A stretch of DNA of 64,000 bases from Fistulifera solaris. Taxonomy: Eukaryota. The DNA is taken from positions 806,001 to 870,000 of the forward strand of contig AP026132.1 of the NCBI GenBank assembly GCA_030295235.1, given 5' to 3'. Positions 12,787 through 25,054 of the stretch are shown in pieces; position 1 is the stretch's first letter; every line of letters begins with the position of its first letter. Made by a program: the position numbers and the translations under genes. Below the pieces are notes generated by a model, which saw nothing but the letters and a program-made list of their open reading frames with translations, was not told the origin of the DNA and did no database searches.

Positions 12787-14149
12787 TTATTCGTTTGTTC
12801 TTCTAATATTCTTTGCATGAGATACGGCATGAATAGCTTCAGCTACATACCTAATGTTGCCCTCATTCAGTCCAGCTACACTAACTCTTCCATTTTTGGT
12901 TAGGAAAATTGAGTAGTCTTGAGTCAATTGCTCGCACATGGGTGCGGTTAGTCCAGTGTATGAAAACATACCTATTTGCTTTAGGATATGACTCCAATCA
13001 TGTGTACTTCCCACTTCTTCCAAAGTTCGTACCAGCATTGCCCGCATAGCTTGAATTCGATAAGACATCTGCTTGCACTCGTGCATATACTGACATTTGA
13101 GCTCATCGTCGGACAAGATTGTCTTGACGATCGAGCTACCATGTCGGGGTGGACTCGAGTATATGGGACGAAAAATGTTTCGCAGAATTGATAAAATTCT
13201 TGCGCGCTGGTCTTCGCCGCTACATACCACCGACAATGTTCCTACTCGTTCTCCATAGAGACCAAAGTTTTTCGCAAAGGATTGAGCTAAAACTATTGGG
13301 ACCGCCATCGACACGGCGTATCGTAACGGTTCAGCATCCACCTCGGCATCTCCCGTGGCAAATCCCTGGTACGCCGAATCAAAGAACGCAACGTGTCCTT
13401 TAGTAGATACTAGACGAATGATTTTCTTCCATTCTTCGATAGACGGATCACAGCCGCTTGGGTTGTGAGCGCACACATGAAAAAGTATTATACTTCCATC
13501 GGGAGCAGCCATCAGGTCCTCTAAAAGACCAGTCAAATGAAGTCCGTTTGTTGTAGAATCAAAAAGCGATATCGTTGAACATCGAGACCACATTCTTGGA
13601 AAATGGTAACGTGGTTTGCACACGTGGGGTCAGGAACGTAGATTGGATGGTTTGGAAATTGACGAGCCAAGAACGTCCCTCCAATACGACAAGCACCAGT
13701 ACCGGATAATGTTTGAACAGCGGCGAGGTGACTCATGTCCATGTTCGGTCCATAAGCGAATCGCATGGCACATTCAAGAAATTGATAGTCCCCTTCAATC
13801 GGAAGATACTCTTTGATTTCGTTGTTTTCAAGCATGCGACGTTCTGCTTCACGGACGGTTGGTAGCACCCACGGTCCTCCATTTTCGTCGCGATAGGCTC
13901 CGACGCAAATATTTACTTTCCGACTATCCTTGCACTCAAGAAAGGACTGGGCAATACCGAGGATCGCGTCCGGTGGACCCATCGGAACATCTTGCCAGAT
14001 ATCAAAGACATCTGCGTGTGCCCCTTCGTCACTTTCTTTCCGTTCCAGCTGCCGACATGACTGATTCGTCCCAGTTAACAACTGTCGCGTGCTACTGTGC
14101 TTCGCTATCGCCGACAAGGGGTCATCGATAGGGAAGTGTTTAATCTCAT
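12787..14149 (-). CDS. Aspartate aminotransferase (fold type I), probably mitochondrial; frameshifts near 14120 and 13562
   Basis: VPMGPPDAILG, VGAYRD, QTLSGTGA, HNPSGCDP, FDSAYQGF, SFAKNFGLYGERVG, GMFS and GRVS. The start at 14149 (MRLNTSLSMT..) is inferred by repairing a C run. Confidence 0.93.
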
Positions 14150-14228
14150 CAAGGGGAAGATCGACCTTATTCTTATTGTGATTTCCTGGGCTTGACGTTG
14201 CCTCGACTTCGATCCATTCAGTCGATAT

Positions 14229-14570
14229 AGAATTTCTGTTTGACTACAAGTAACTTTTCCAGAATATCTGGAATTTGCACTTGCGATCGTTATGATCCAA
14301 AACCCAGTTTCCAGAATTTCGGGAACGCGTACATTCTTTCGTTATCATCCAAAGCACCTTATCCAGATTTTCTGGAACGTGCACAGCATTTCGGTCGGAT
14401 CGGAAAGTCTGGTCCAGAATTTCTGGAACACAACAGAATTTCTGCTTGACTACAAGTAACTTTTCCAGAATATCTGGAATTCGCACTCGCGATCGTTATC
14501 ATCCAAAACCCAGTTTCCAGAATTTCGGGAACGCGTACATTCTTTCGTTATGATCCAAAACACCGTTTCC
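14229..14570. repeat. Minisatellite of 51-52 bp monomers, each with palindrome TTCCAGA-N3-TCTGGAA; 206-bp higher-order unit
   Basis: Palindromes start at 14257, 14309, 14361, 14412, 14463 and 14515, with a truncated one at 14567. Monomers 5-6 are near-identical to 1-2. Confidence 0.92.
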
Positions 14571-14910
14571 TTGCCGCAGATTGTCACTTTACTACTCATT
14601 TGTGGTTTAGTGAATCGAAAGTCAGACCAGTAGCCAAAGAAAGAAGTTGGAGCAATGTCTCATCGGTCCATTTGTACTAATGCCTTGCGGATCATTATTT
14701 TCTGTCTCCTACCAATCCGTGATTCCAAAGTTCGTGAATAGCCTTCCAATAGGTTCTGAGCCTGTCGAATCCACCACCAAAAATAAATATCGAAGAACAA
14801 AACTTTTTGATAAAAACGTTGCTATTGTTTCTCAACAAGGCGGTACAAGAATATTCGTTCAAGTATTGCTCTATTCGTTTTCTACACTGAGATAAGATTC
14901 GTTACGCGCC

Positions 14911-17900
14911 ATGGAAGAAGGTAGCTTTCCGAGAGGACGTGTGAAGACGGCGGAGCCGCAAGACAAGGATCCCAACCATGTTCGTCGTAAGCGCTCCAAG
15001 TCGGAAGGAGATCACAAGATGCGTCGATCCGATGATATTCTGTTCGGGAAGCGAACCGAAGACAAACAATCGTCTAGGAAAAAGCGCAAACAGTCACCTG
15101 CGGAGGAGAAAGGAGCGCCCGCTTCGCATCAATCTCTGTTGCCCTTGGGCGGTGGAGCTGTCGTACTCCCAAAAGACAAGAGTGGCGGCGGTGATCCGTT
15201 AATTGAAGGTTTAGGCTTCGCCAAGTTGTCAAAAGGCTTTCGAGTACTCGGTTGTGTGCGCGAAGTGCATGCGGATTTGGCTGTTTTCAGCTTACCGAAC
15301 TTGTGGACGGGCTACATGCTCCGATCATCGGATGAAGAGCCCCGTTGTGATTCTATGTTGCAAGTTGGACAGTTTTTGTCGGTTGTGATTGTGAAAGCAG
15401 TTCAAGAACCGGTCAAAGGTGGAGGTCATCGCCGTCGGATTCAGGTATCCTGTTTGCCGAACGCTGTGAACAAGGTCATTAGTGCAGCGGGTGCGCTCAG
15501 TACGCCGCTACGAGATCTATCGACGTTTTCTGGAGCACCAATTCGCTGCCAAATCATGTCGATTGAAGACCATGGAGTTCTAATGAACATTGGCAATGGG
15601 AAGAAAGGCTTTTGAAATTTTCCGACATCGGCGAAGAATACGTTGTCGATGAAGACATGATGATGACAGATGAGGTCACGACGAAAAAACGGTTGGTTGT
15701 TGGTCGCGTCTTGGACTGCTTGGTCAAAGCAGGTACCTCAGCTGATCCGTCCATTATTTCTCTCTCGCTTCCATCTCGCCAAGATCTCATCAAGCATACT
15801 ATTCCATCGGAAACTACTCCTAGTTTGGCTCAGCTGCAGCCCGGTATGCTAGTCCAAGCTAGAGTTGAACGTTTTGCTCGAAATGGCTTGTGTGTCACGT
15901 TTTGTGGAAACATGTTTCGTGGAGCAATTGAAGTACAACACCTCGGTGGATTTTTGGATACCTACGCAGCGTCAAGAGTCGGAAGAGTGGAAACAGTTCT
16001 TTAAAGAGCATCGCTCAATTCCTGCCCGCATCATTGCTGTCGATGTTTCGTCCAAAATCATTCGTCTTTCTCTTCAGTCTCACATACTCGAAATGGAGGT
16101 TGCTGGGTCCACTCAGGAGGTAGGCAATGTCATTCAAAATGCAACTGTGGTCCGTTTGGACCGCGGGGTCGGAGCTTTGCTTGCTTATGAAGTAGACAAG
16201 GAGGGCGCAACGGAAGTCAGGTCAAATGTTTTCAAACCCCTTTCATCGGATGAAAATTACCGTAAAGCCTGTGAGAAAATGGCGGTTTACGTTCACATTT
16301 CTAAAGCCATGGATAAAGATAATCAAAAGCTGTCTGAATCTGAATTTGGGAAAGAATTCGCGCCCAGTACGAAGCATGACGTAAGGATTGTCAGCGCTTC
16401 AAACTGGATTGATGGAATCGCTTCTGGAGCGGCAGCACCAAGTATAGTAGATGCTCAGGTAATATCATATGCTGACATAAAACCGGCAGCAGTGTACAAG
16501 CAAGTCCCTGTAACCGCATTGTTGGATAAAGGAGGTGTGCTGGTAGATCTTGGAATGGGTGTGAAAGGTGTGGTTCCAGACATTCAACTCTTCGACAAGG
16601 TTGTTTCGAGTGAATATCGCACGCAGTTGCGTAAAGTCAAGTTTTCGCCTGGCACCAAAGTTGACCTGCGTGTCTTGACTGTGGATCCGCGGGCCAAAAG
16701 ATGCGTTCTCACTGCAAAGAAAAGTATGGTCAAGACGGAAAAAATTATCAAATCCTTCAATGAAGCGAAAATTGGGGATGTTGGTACGGGATTTGTCTCC
16801 AAGGTAGATGAGCAAGGACTCATGGTTACTTTTTTCGACGGGGTTCATGGTCGTCTTACGGCACGTAGCCTTTCTTCGGATGCCGGAGTTGAAAACCACA
16901 AACATGATTACTCTGTCGGTGATGTTCTCGAGTGCCGGGTCACTAATGTTAAAAGAAAGAGCAAGAGAAAGTCGAACGAGAGGGTGCAAAGTAATGGCGA
17001 GTTGAATGGCGAGCAATCATTTTGCGAACTGACTTTAGGTCTAAACATTGAAGGCAGCGCTCCTAGTCTAGTTGACGATCATGCAGACACTGAGGCAGTC
17101 GTCAAGTTCAGCCCTGGCGCAGTTCTGCCTTTAAAATCAATGCGAATTGTCGAGTTGGTTCACGGTAAATCAAAAGGGGACACATATGTTCCAGGCTATG
17201 CCATTGTTAACGTCAAAGCCAAGTATTTGACCAAAAGTGACGAAGACGACACTCTTTCGACCATTGATTGCAAGCTCCCTTTTGATCAACTTCTTGACGA
17301 GTACGATGAGGTTGATATTGAGTCAGCTGATGCTTTAGATCGGTTCGCTGAAAGTATGCTGACTGTTGGAAAGAAGGTGAATCGAAAAGGGTTTGTGTTG
17401 TTAGACCCGAAAAAGTCGGCGACGGAGTACTCAAGCGGTACAGGTACCTTTGCTATGGTATCGATCCGTCCCCGACTTACTGAAACTCTTTTGAATCAGA
17501 TTGAATCGACTAATACAGACAGCAGAGTGATTGTTCCCGATCCTACCACGGAATTGTACAAAGGAGCCCGACTTGTCGGATACGTTTCAAATATCGATAA
17601 GCGACATGGTGCTTTTATCAGGTACCTAGACGGATTGACAGGTCTCGTGCCAAAACAGAAGGGCGGCCTCTTTCTGCGAAAATATTCTTCCTTGACAACT
17701 GAGGTTGTCGCAGTCGATAAAAGGTTTAATCCTCCCAAACTGCTCGTCAAAGCGTGCACCGAGGCTGTGATCCAAAAAGACAACTCTGTTCATCTCCAAG
17801 TTGGCGACGTCATTGATACGGCAACAGTCACATATCTAGCATTTCACCAAGTATCTGTTGAACTGGATGCCGAGAAGTTTGGGCCCAAGGAAAAGATAAG

Positions 17901-20865
17901 CGCACGAATCCATTGCACGATGGCTCGAAGTAAACCATTAAGCGCCAGACATAATAACGCTTCCATTATGAATACGAAGCAAGAAATTTCAGCGTGTCAT
18001 CCTTTTCATGGATGGGTTGTCGGGCAGAAGATTTCCCATTTGAAGGTTGTTAAAGTTGAAAGCAAAGGAGGAAAGACCTTAGTCGAACTGACGAATGACG
18101 ACGAAATGACATTTCTCAGGAACGAAGATGAACTTTCCGACGGGAAGAAAGTGTCTGGTATTATATACTCAGTGAAGCCCGGAAGTGGCTTATGGATTTC
18201 GGTGAGCCCTGGGATTCTTTGCCATATTCCTGCACTAGAAGCATCGCAGGACGTAAAGATTTTGAACGCTTTGGAAAAGTCCTTCCCGGTTGGCGGCCGC
18301 CTTCATGGCACGATATTAAACAGCAAAGTGTGGTTCGAGAGGAGATCAAAGAACATCCATCACCATCGTAACAACGATGAGTCCAAGGAAAGAGAACCAC
18401 CGATTGTATCTTTGTTAGACCCAATTCAATTTTCATCCAATAAAATGCCAGAAAAAGGGGGCATTCTTATCGCCCGTGTCAATCGTTTTCTTTCTCCTGT
18501 CGGTCCTCCCTCTTTAATGCTCGACTTACGAGGCGGCTTTGTGGGGCGTTGTTGTATTACTGAATTAGATGAACCAGACGACTGGGAGAATATGCCGTTG
18601 GGTCAAAGTGGACGAGTAGCCCATGATTCGAGTCAGTCGAGCAATCCTAAAGCAGGAGAAATGGTGCATGAAAAGGGCGAGAAGCGCGAAATTCGGAAGG
18701 AAACGACAAGGTATGTGTTCTTCGCTAGAACATTACAATGCATCTAAGGAACGGTTGTACGGCTTCAACGGAACGACTGTGAACACTTTGCCACAGGCAA
18801 TTTGAGATGCGACATATTCGGCAAGCGGTGTGGAGAGGCCTTTTGATTTTTGCTCACGATAGGTCGCAATGACAGACTGCCAACATCTTCTCACTTTTTC
18901 TCTCTTTAACCGATAAGCAGGAACGAGCAAGATGCGTTTTGGGGTGGGTACCCGCATGCTGCTTTCGTGCAATGTAGGGTGCTCGAGAGTGTACCTTCGA
19001 AATCTTTCGTTGATGTTAGTTTGAGACAAAGTCGGCTTGATGGGGACTTGGATGAAGATGAAGTTCCCGGGGAAGGAGCACACGTCCAGGCGTTTGTTGT
19101 ATCAACGACAAAAAAGGGTTGCTTTGTTCGTCTTAGTCGTAAGCTCGACGGCAGAGTCATCTTGAAGGAGCTTTGTGACGGATTTCTTCCGAACCCAGAT
19201 GTCGCTTTTCCAATGGGGCGACTTGTTTTTGGAAAAATCAAATCAATTGTAGAGGTGGAGAAAAATGAAATAAAGAAAAAGATTGTGGATCTGGATCTTC
19301 GCGAATCCGTTCTTCTTGAAAATGATGACAAGATAAAGTTTGAAGACATAGAGCTAGGCCGAAAGTACACCGGAACAGTTACTCGCTTGGAAGACTATGG
19401 TATTTTTGTTCGCATTGACTCGAGTGATGTCTCAGGATTGGCACATAAAAGTGAATGCAGTGATAAATTCATCCGAAGCCTTTCAAACCTTTACGATCCG
19501 GGCGACAAGGTAAAGCTGCTGGTTGTAAAGAAGGACGTACTATCCAAAAAGCTTGGTTTCAGTTTGAAAGCGAGTCACTTTATCGATGACGATGACAGCA
19601 CAACTGCTTCCTCCGTTGAACATGCCATTGAAATGCTATCAGATGACGATCGGAATTCAGGGAATGAAGACGGGATGGAAGTTGAGCTTCATTCGGATTC
19701 GGATTCCTATTCGGAAAATGACGACGATTCCTCGAACTCGACTTCGTCTTCATCTGACAGCGACACAGAAATCGCGTCTAAGACAAAAGGAACATCTAAT
19801 CAGTCGATGGATACCGACGTTGGCTTCAATTGGGGTAATCGCGGCGATAAACAAGCTAAGGATTCGGATGATAGCTCGGATGAGCATTCAAGCGATTCTG
19901 ATGAAGAGGGTGATACACCTCGGACGTCTCACAAGTCTCGTCGAAAGCAAGCACAGCGGCGGAAAGAAGAGCGTGAGATTGCCAAGCGAGAAAGTGCGCT
20001 CGCAGACGGTACGGCTGACGATAATCCCGAGACGGAGGCTGATTTTGAGCGTCTTATTGCAAACGACCCTAATTCATCTGAGTTATGGATTAGGTTCATG
20101 GCGTTCCACCTCTCTTTAGCTGATATCTCTGCTGCTCGAGAGGTGGCGAATCGAGCTTTAATAAGATTGAGTTCCGCGAAGAAAGCGAGAAGATGAATGT
20201 TTGGTGCGCTCTTTTGACTTTGGAGTTAAAATTTGGAACAGAGAGCAGCATCAATGAAACATTTGAAAGAGCATGTCAACATAATAACCCAAAGCACGTG
20301 CATTTAAGATTTGCCGAGATTTTGGACAAGAGTAGCGGTTCTTCTAGTACTGCAACAGTGCAACGGTTGGACGACCTTTATCTCAAAATGTGCAAGAAGT
20401 TTCGAACTAAAAAGAAAGTATGGCTCGCACACATGGAGTACCTGCTAAAGAACGAAAGAGAGGAAGACGCCTTAGCCGTGTCCAAGAAATGTGTTCTTTC
20501 TCTTCCTCCATATAAGCATGTTGAAACGCTATTCAAATTTGCCCAGCTGGTGTTTGAGTACGGTAATGTGGAGAGGGGTAGAACTCTATTTGACGGTTTG
20601 TTACGTAAAGCGCCTAAACGATTGGACATATTTTTCGTTTACACGGACAAAGAGATCAAGTATGGAGACATTGCTGTTGCGCGTTCCTTGTTTCAGAGGG
20701 TGTGCATCCCCGCAGACGAGACTGTATCGTTGAAGCTTTCCGACAAAAAAAATGAAGAGCTTTTTCAAAAAATGGTATGCATTTGAAGAACAGCACGGCA
20801 CAGCAGTAACACAGGAAAGAGTTAAGGAGGCAGCAAGACAATTTGTTGAACGGTCACTAGCTTAG
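14911..20865 (+). CDS. RRP5: rRNA biogenesis protein RRP5 (multiple S1 domains plus C-terminal HAT repeats); frameshifts at ~15612, ~15953, ~20160, ~20750
   Basis: N-terminal SFPRG, repeated S1 motifs (IEDHG, TRLEDYGIFV), DFERLI..PNSSELWIRFMAF, repaired IEFREESEKMNVW and KKMKSFFKKWYAFEEQHG. Intron 18711-18920. Confidence 0.95.
18740..18888 (+). ncRNA. Candidate intronic H/ACA box snoRNA (two hairpins)
   Basis: Hairpin 1 stem 18751-58/18773-80. Hairpin 2 stems 18796-99/18878-81 and 18808-13/18863-68. ACA at 18883-85. Pocket strands are complementary to 18S in this window. The H box is non-canonical. Confidence 0.55.
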
Positions 20866-20886
20866 AATTCAATTGCTTAAAAGATT

Positions 20887-23886
20887 TTACACAAGTTCTA
20901 GGTCTTCACTGATTCCGCGTAAATCTTTGTAACGAGAAACCTCGGACCATGGACGCTGATTCCAAAGTCGATTGGCGAGCAACTCAATCCGTGAAAGCAA
21001 ACCGCTATCACCTACAAGAGTACCATCCTCTAGAACCGATGGTCTGCTGTAGTTTTTCAGTAGCAAACTGCTTGTAACAACGCTAACGGAACTAAGAGCC
21101 ATCATCAAACCAGCCAGTTCTGGTGGCAGCCGGTAACCCGTAAAAGGGTACAAAAGTCCAGCAGCAAACGGGAGAGCAACCAGATTATAACCCATCGCCC
21201 AAACAAAATTAACGATGATACGCCTTAACACAACTCGGGAGAGATGGATTGCCACGACGACATCCTCCAGCGACGATCGCACCAGAACAATATCGGCAGC
21301 TTCTATAGCAATTTCCGTACCAGCGCCAATAGCTACGCCGATGTCCGCTCGAGCCAAAGCAATACTGTCATTTATGCCATCTCCGATCATGGCGACCACT
21401 GACCCAAGAGATTCTTTCGCATGTGAGCTGTCGCATTTGGGTCTTCGTCTCTTTTGGAGACGCGAGACTAGGTCCGCCTTACCCTCCGGAGTAACCCCCG
21501 CGCAAACATTTGCAGCAGCGATACCTAGTTCCTTAGCCACAGCACACGCAGTCTGCTCATGATCACCAGTACATATCCACACATCTATCTCCATAGATTG
21601 CAGCGCAGCTACCGTGGCCTTTGCACCATCTTTAATAGAATCCGCAACGGCAAGTATTCCTATTAACCGCCATAGTGGAGTATGACGGTCCATGACGCTA
21701 ACGTAAACAACAGCTTGACCAGCTTCTCTCATACGAGAAATGTCTCCATCTAAGGCACGGATGCGTTCTCCCGGACATGAGAAGTTCCGCGATCCCACTC
21801 TAATCCATCGTTCACCCCAATTAGGCTTAACGACAGAGCATTCAACTCCCGCTCCAGGAACGATAGAGAAGCTGTTAATGACAGTTCCCTCCGATGAACA
21901 AGTAACATCTCCACCCCATAGAGTCTTCGCAGCATTCACTATTGCCTTACCAAGCGGATGCTCACTTTGAGTCTCAGCACAAGCCGCCAGCCAAAGAACA
22001 AGACAGCCGTCAGGAACACGACTGGGTTTGTTCTCGTAGAGCTTATCATTAGCATCCAACAATTCTATTCTTTCACTAAGTACAGCACGCCCAGTGGTCA
22101 ATGTTCCTGTCTTATCGAAAATCACAGTGTCCACGCGATGCATATTTTCAAGTACAACACCGCCTTTGATGAGCAGACCGAGGTTCGCACCAACACCGGT
22201 ACCCACCATGACGGCCGTGGGAGTAGCTAGTCCCAAGGCGCACGGGCACGCGACGACAACCACGGATATTGCAGACATGACTGCCTCAAAAATTCTTTCT
22301 TCAAACGAAACCCCCCTGTTGAAAACTAGCCAAAAAGTGAAAGTTATGAAGGACAAACACATGACACACGGCGCAAACAAGCAAGCCACTTTGTCTGCAT
22401 ATGCCTGAATGGGAGCTTTGTGTCGCTGTGCATCTTCCATCAGTTTCACAATCTTCGAAAGGGTTGTTTCGCCACCGACAGCAGTGACACGCATCAGTAA
22501 CGGCGACAGCTGGTTGACCGTGGAACAAAATAAGGGATCACCAATCCCCTTCGCAACTGGAAAAGGCTCACCAGAGAGAGCTGATTCATCAACGTAGGCT
22601 TGTCCATCTTTGTCATTGAACTCTCTCTTAGTCCCTGATGCAGCAACAAGCTTACCATCGGTAGGAATACGGGATCCTGGCATTACCATAAGATAATCAC
22701 CGACACGGATGTCAGCTACATCGACGTCTTCAATTTTCAATGCAGCGAAATTGATGTAAACCCCAGAATCTTCGGCATGAAAGTTTGTCACACGGCTCGC
22801 ATTCAAAGGTTGTAACTCCATCAGAGTCAGGAGAGCCGATGCAGTTTTCCCTTTCGCATACGATTCAAGATACTTCCCAAGAGTAACAAACGTCAATAGC
22901 ATTCCTCCTGTCATAAAGTTTGGCATCAATTCCGTCATTTCACCGGTAAATAATTGCAGTGCAAATAACACAATACTGTAGATATAGCTGGCTGTTGTTC
23001 CTAGAACGACCAAGAAGTCCATTCCCATGACGCGGCCATTCGTCCATCCTTTCCACGCCGCGTGATAGAATCGATGCCCCACACCAAGTTGTATAAGAGA
23101 CGAAAGGAAGAAAATAACCCAAAGTTTGCTTGAGGGTACCCAATCTTGACCAAACGGAATGGAGATGAAACCCTTGTCTAATGCAAACATGGGCACCGTG
23201 AGAGAAAGGCTGACTGTAAAAGTATTTTCCAAGAACGTAATTCTTGTGTTCGAGCGTGTTCTAGTTGCTCCGCATTTCGTCTCAAATTCTGTTCTAGCAC
23301 ATGACATTCATATCCGGCCGTTCGTACTGCTTTTCACAAGCAGACGCAATATCTTCTCTTTTTGCAGCACCATCAAACCATCTTGTTCATATTCATCGAA
23401 TGCTTCCCACTCCACCACAGCCCTAGCGGTAGCTAAAATGACCGATACTGCTTTCACGGCGGAATGTGCTTCTAGTAAGGCTCGTTCGACTCGTCCCGTA
23501 CAAACGGCACAACTCATTCCTCCTACTTGAAAGACGATTTCGTGGTCTCCTACTGCTACTCGATCGTCTGTCAACATCAACTGACCTTCACTGTAGTCCT
23601 CCCGATCTGTTGTACTATTCTCTGCATGTATGCGTTCGAGATACTCGTCAATATCATCAATAATAGATGCATCGAAACCCACACAATCCACCATTTCGAT
23701 CGCGGCGTCTTGACATTCCTGTAACGATTTGTCGACAGCAAACACCACAAAGGCTCGCCGTTCTTTGAAAAAAGCTTCCGCAGCAATGGCACCCTCACAA
23801 CCAAGCAAGGCATTGCGGACGGTCGATCCACAATTCTTTTGACACATCATTCCTTCGACTTGAAGGTGAACCGTAATGTGTGTCAT
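20887..23886 (-). CDS. Cu(+)-transporting P1B-1 ATPase with two N-terminal HMA domains; compensating frameshifts at ~23333 and ~23220
   Basis: GMMCQKNC, GMSCAVC, LSGE, CPCALGLATP, DKTGT, SEHP, TGD, GDGINDS, YN and MALSS motifs. Confidence 0.95.
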
Positions 23887-24296
23887 GATTTGTAATGTGT
23901 GTTGCTGGAATGTTTCTTCGACCAACCGGCAGATCCCTTACGTGATTTTGACTCTTCTTTAGGAGAATAAGCTCAATTTGTTTATGTAGAACAACGATGA
24001 AGCAATGGATATTGAAACACCTTTGACGAACAACACAGAATTCGTTTCGTAGCCGGGGATGCTCGCAAAAATGCTCAGCATTTTCTGGCGTTTATTTTCC
24101 ACGACTGCTGTCTTTCGTGAGAATAAGTCAAAGCCGGTCTCGCGAATTGCCCTAAATGTTCAGAACCGTACGATATACTGCTATATCCTTTAGTGTAGTC
24201 CAAAACATCTTCGATTTGACCCACATATACGTATAGTAGTGCACCTCTTTTTTGACAATAAGACCGCAAAATGAAAACATAACATAATAATAGACC

Positions 24297-25037
24297 ATGG
24301 CGATCGCTTTTCGACGCCATAAAACGCCACGCTCATTTAGTTTCTTTCACTCTATTCAACCTCTTCGACTGCTACTGGCAGTGATGCTGTTTGTGGCGGT
24401 GTCTCGCATTTACTTTATAAAAGCAATGACGTTTAGCATGATGAGTCTTTTCTTGTCTTCATCGGAAGACGAAATCCCGAAATTATATCAGCCGAAATTC
24501 CTTCCTTTACCTGCCGATGTACCGAAAAATCCTTCCGTCTTTGGGAAAATATTGAGAGGCGAACTTCCCTTACGCTATCGCGATGAATCGCCGGATTTGT
24601 TGGCTTTTCGTGACAAGACGCCGCGTGCCCCGACCCACATTTTGATCATTCCGAAACGATTCATCGAAAGCATATTCGATTTGACACACGACGATTTGCC
24701 CCTATTATACGAAAGTAAAGAAATGGCGATGCGATTGCTGCAACGAGAACAGCCGGAAGCGTTGGCGCGCGGCGATTATCGACTGGTGTTTCATGCACCT
24801 CCGTTCAATTCGGTCGATCATTTGCATTTGCACGTCCTGGCGCCCGCGTCCGACATGTCTCTGTTTCATCGTACCGTCAAATATCATTTTAATACTCGTT
24901 GGTGTGTTAGTTTGGATCGTGTCGTGTCGCGACTGGAAGCGGATCGTTCGGCTATGCCGTACGAGCGGCCAGATGATGTTGTTACAGCTACATGGAGAAA
25001 ACGGAAAGACATTGACTTCTTTGGGCAACGAAAATGA
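24297..25037 (+). CDS. Histidine triad (HIT) family protein, HINT3-like, with N-terminal hydrophobic segment
   Basis: SVFGKIL, AFRDKTPRAPTHILIIPK, FHAPPFNSVDHLHLHVL. Confidence 0.9.
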   Translation: MAIAFRRHKTPRSFSFFHSIQPLRLLLAVMLFVAVSRIYFIKAMTFSMMSLFLSSSEDEIPKLYQPKFLPLPADVPKNPSVFGKILRGELPLRYRDESPDLLAFRDKTPRAPTHILIIPKRFIESIFDLTHDDLPLLYESKEMAMRLLQREQPEALARGDYRLVFHAPPFNSVDHLHLHVLAPASDMSLFHRTVKYHFNTRWCVSLDRVVSRLEADRSAMPYERPDDVVTATWRKRKDIDFFGQRK

Positions 25038-25054
25038 GAAAACGGGGAAACTAT

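Noticed and set aside
14257..14570. CRISPR array (palindromic repeats with 34-35-nt spacers)
   Set aside because: The repeat is only 17 bp, the spacers are related to each other and recur (5 matches 1, 6 matches 2), there are no cas genes, and the context is eukaryotic. Kept as a minisatellite finding.
18741..18877. Alternative pairing of the RRP5 intron (CATCTAAGG and ATGACAGAC) to 18S GTCTGTGAT-GC-CCTTAGATG
   Set aside because: The exposed dinucleotide is GC rather than U, there is a mismatch, and the strands come from different hairpins. Worth rechecking only if the snoRNA is confirmed.
23305..23312. In-frame TGA-ATG in the Cu-ATPase suggesting read-through or selenocysteine
   Set aside because: Two compensating homopolymer indels explain it. 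The alternate frame restores the HMA end (KAVRTAGYEC) and a sensible linker.
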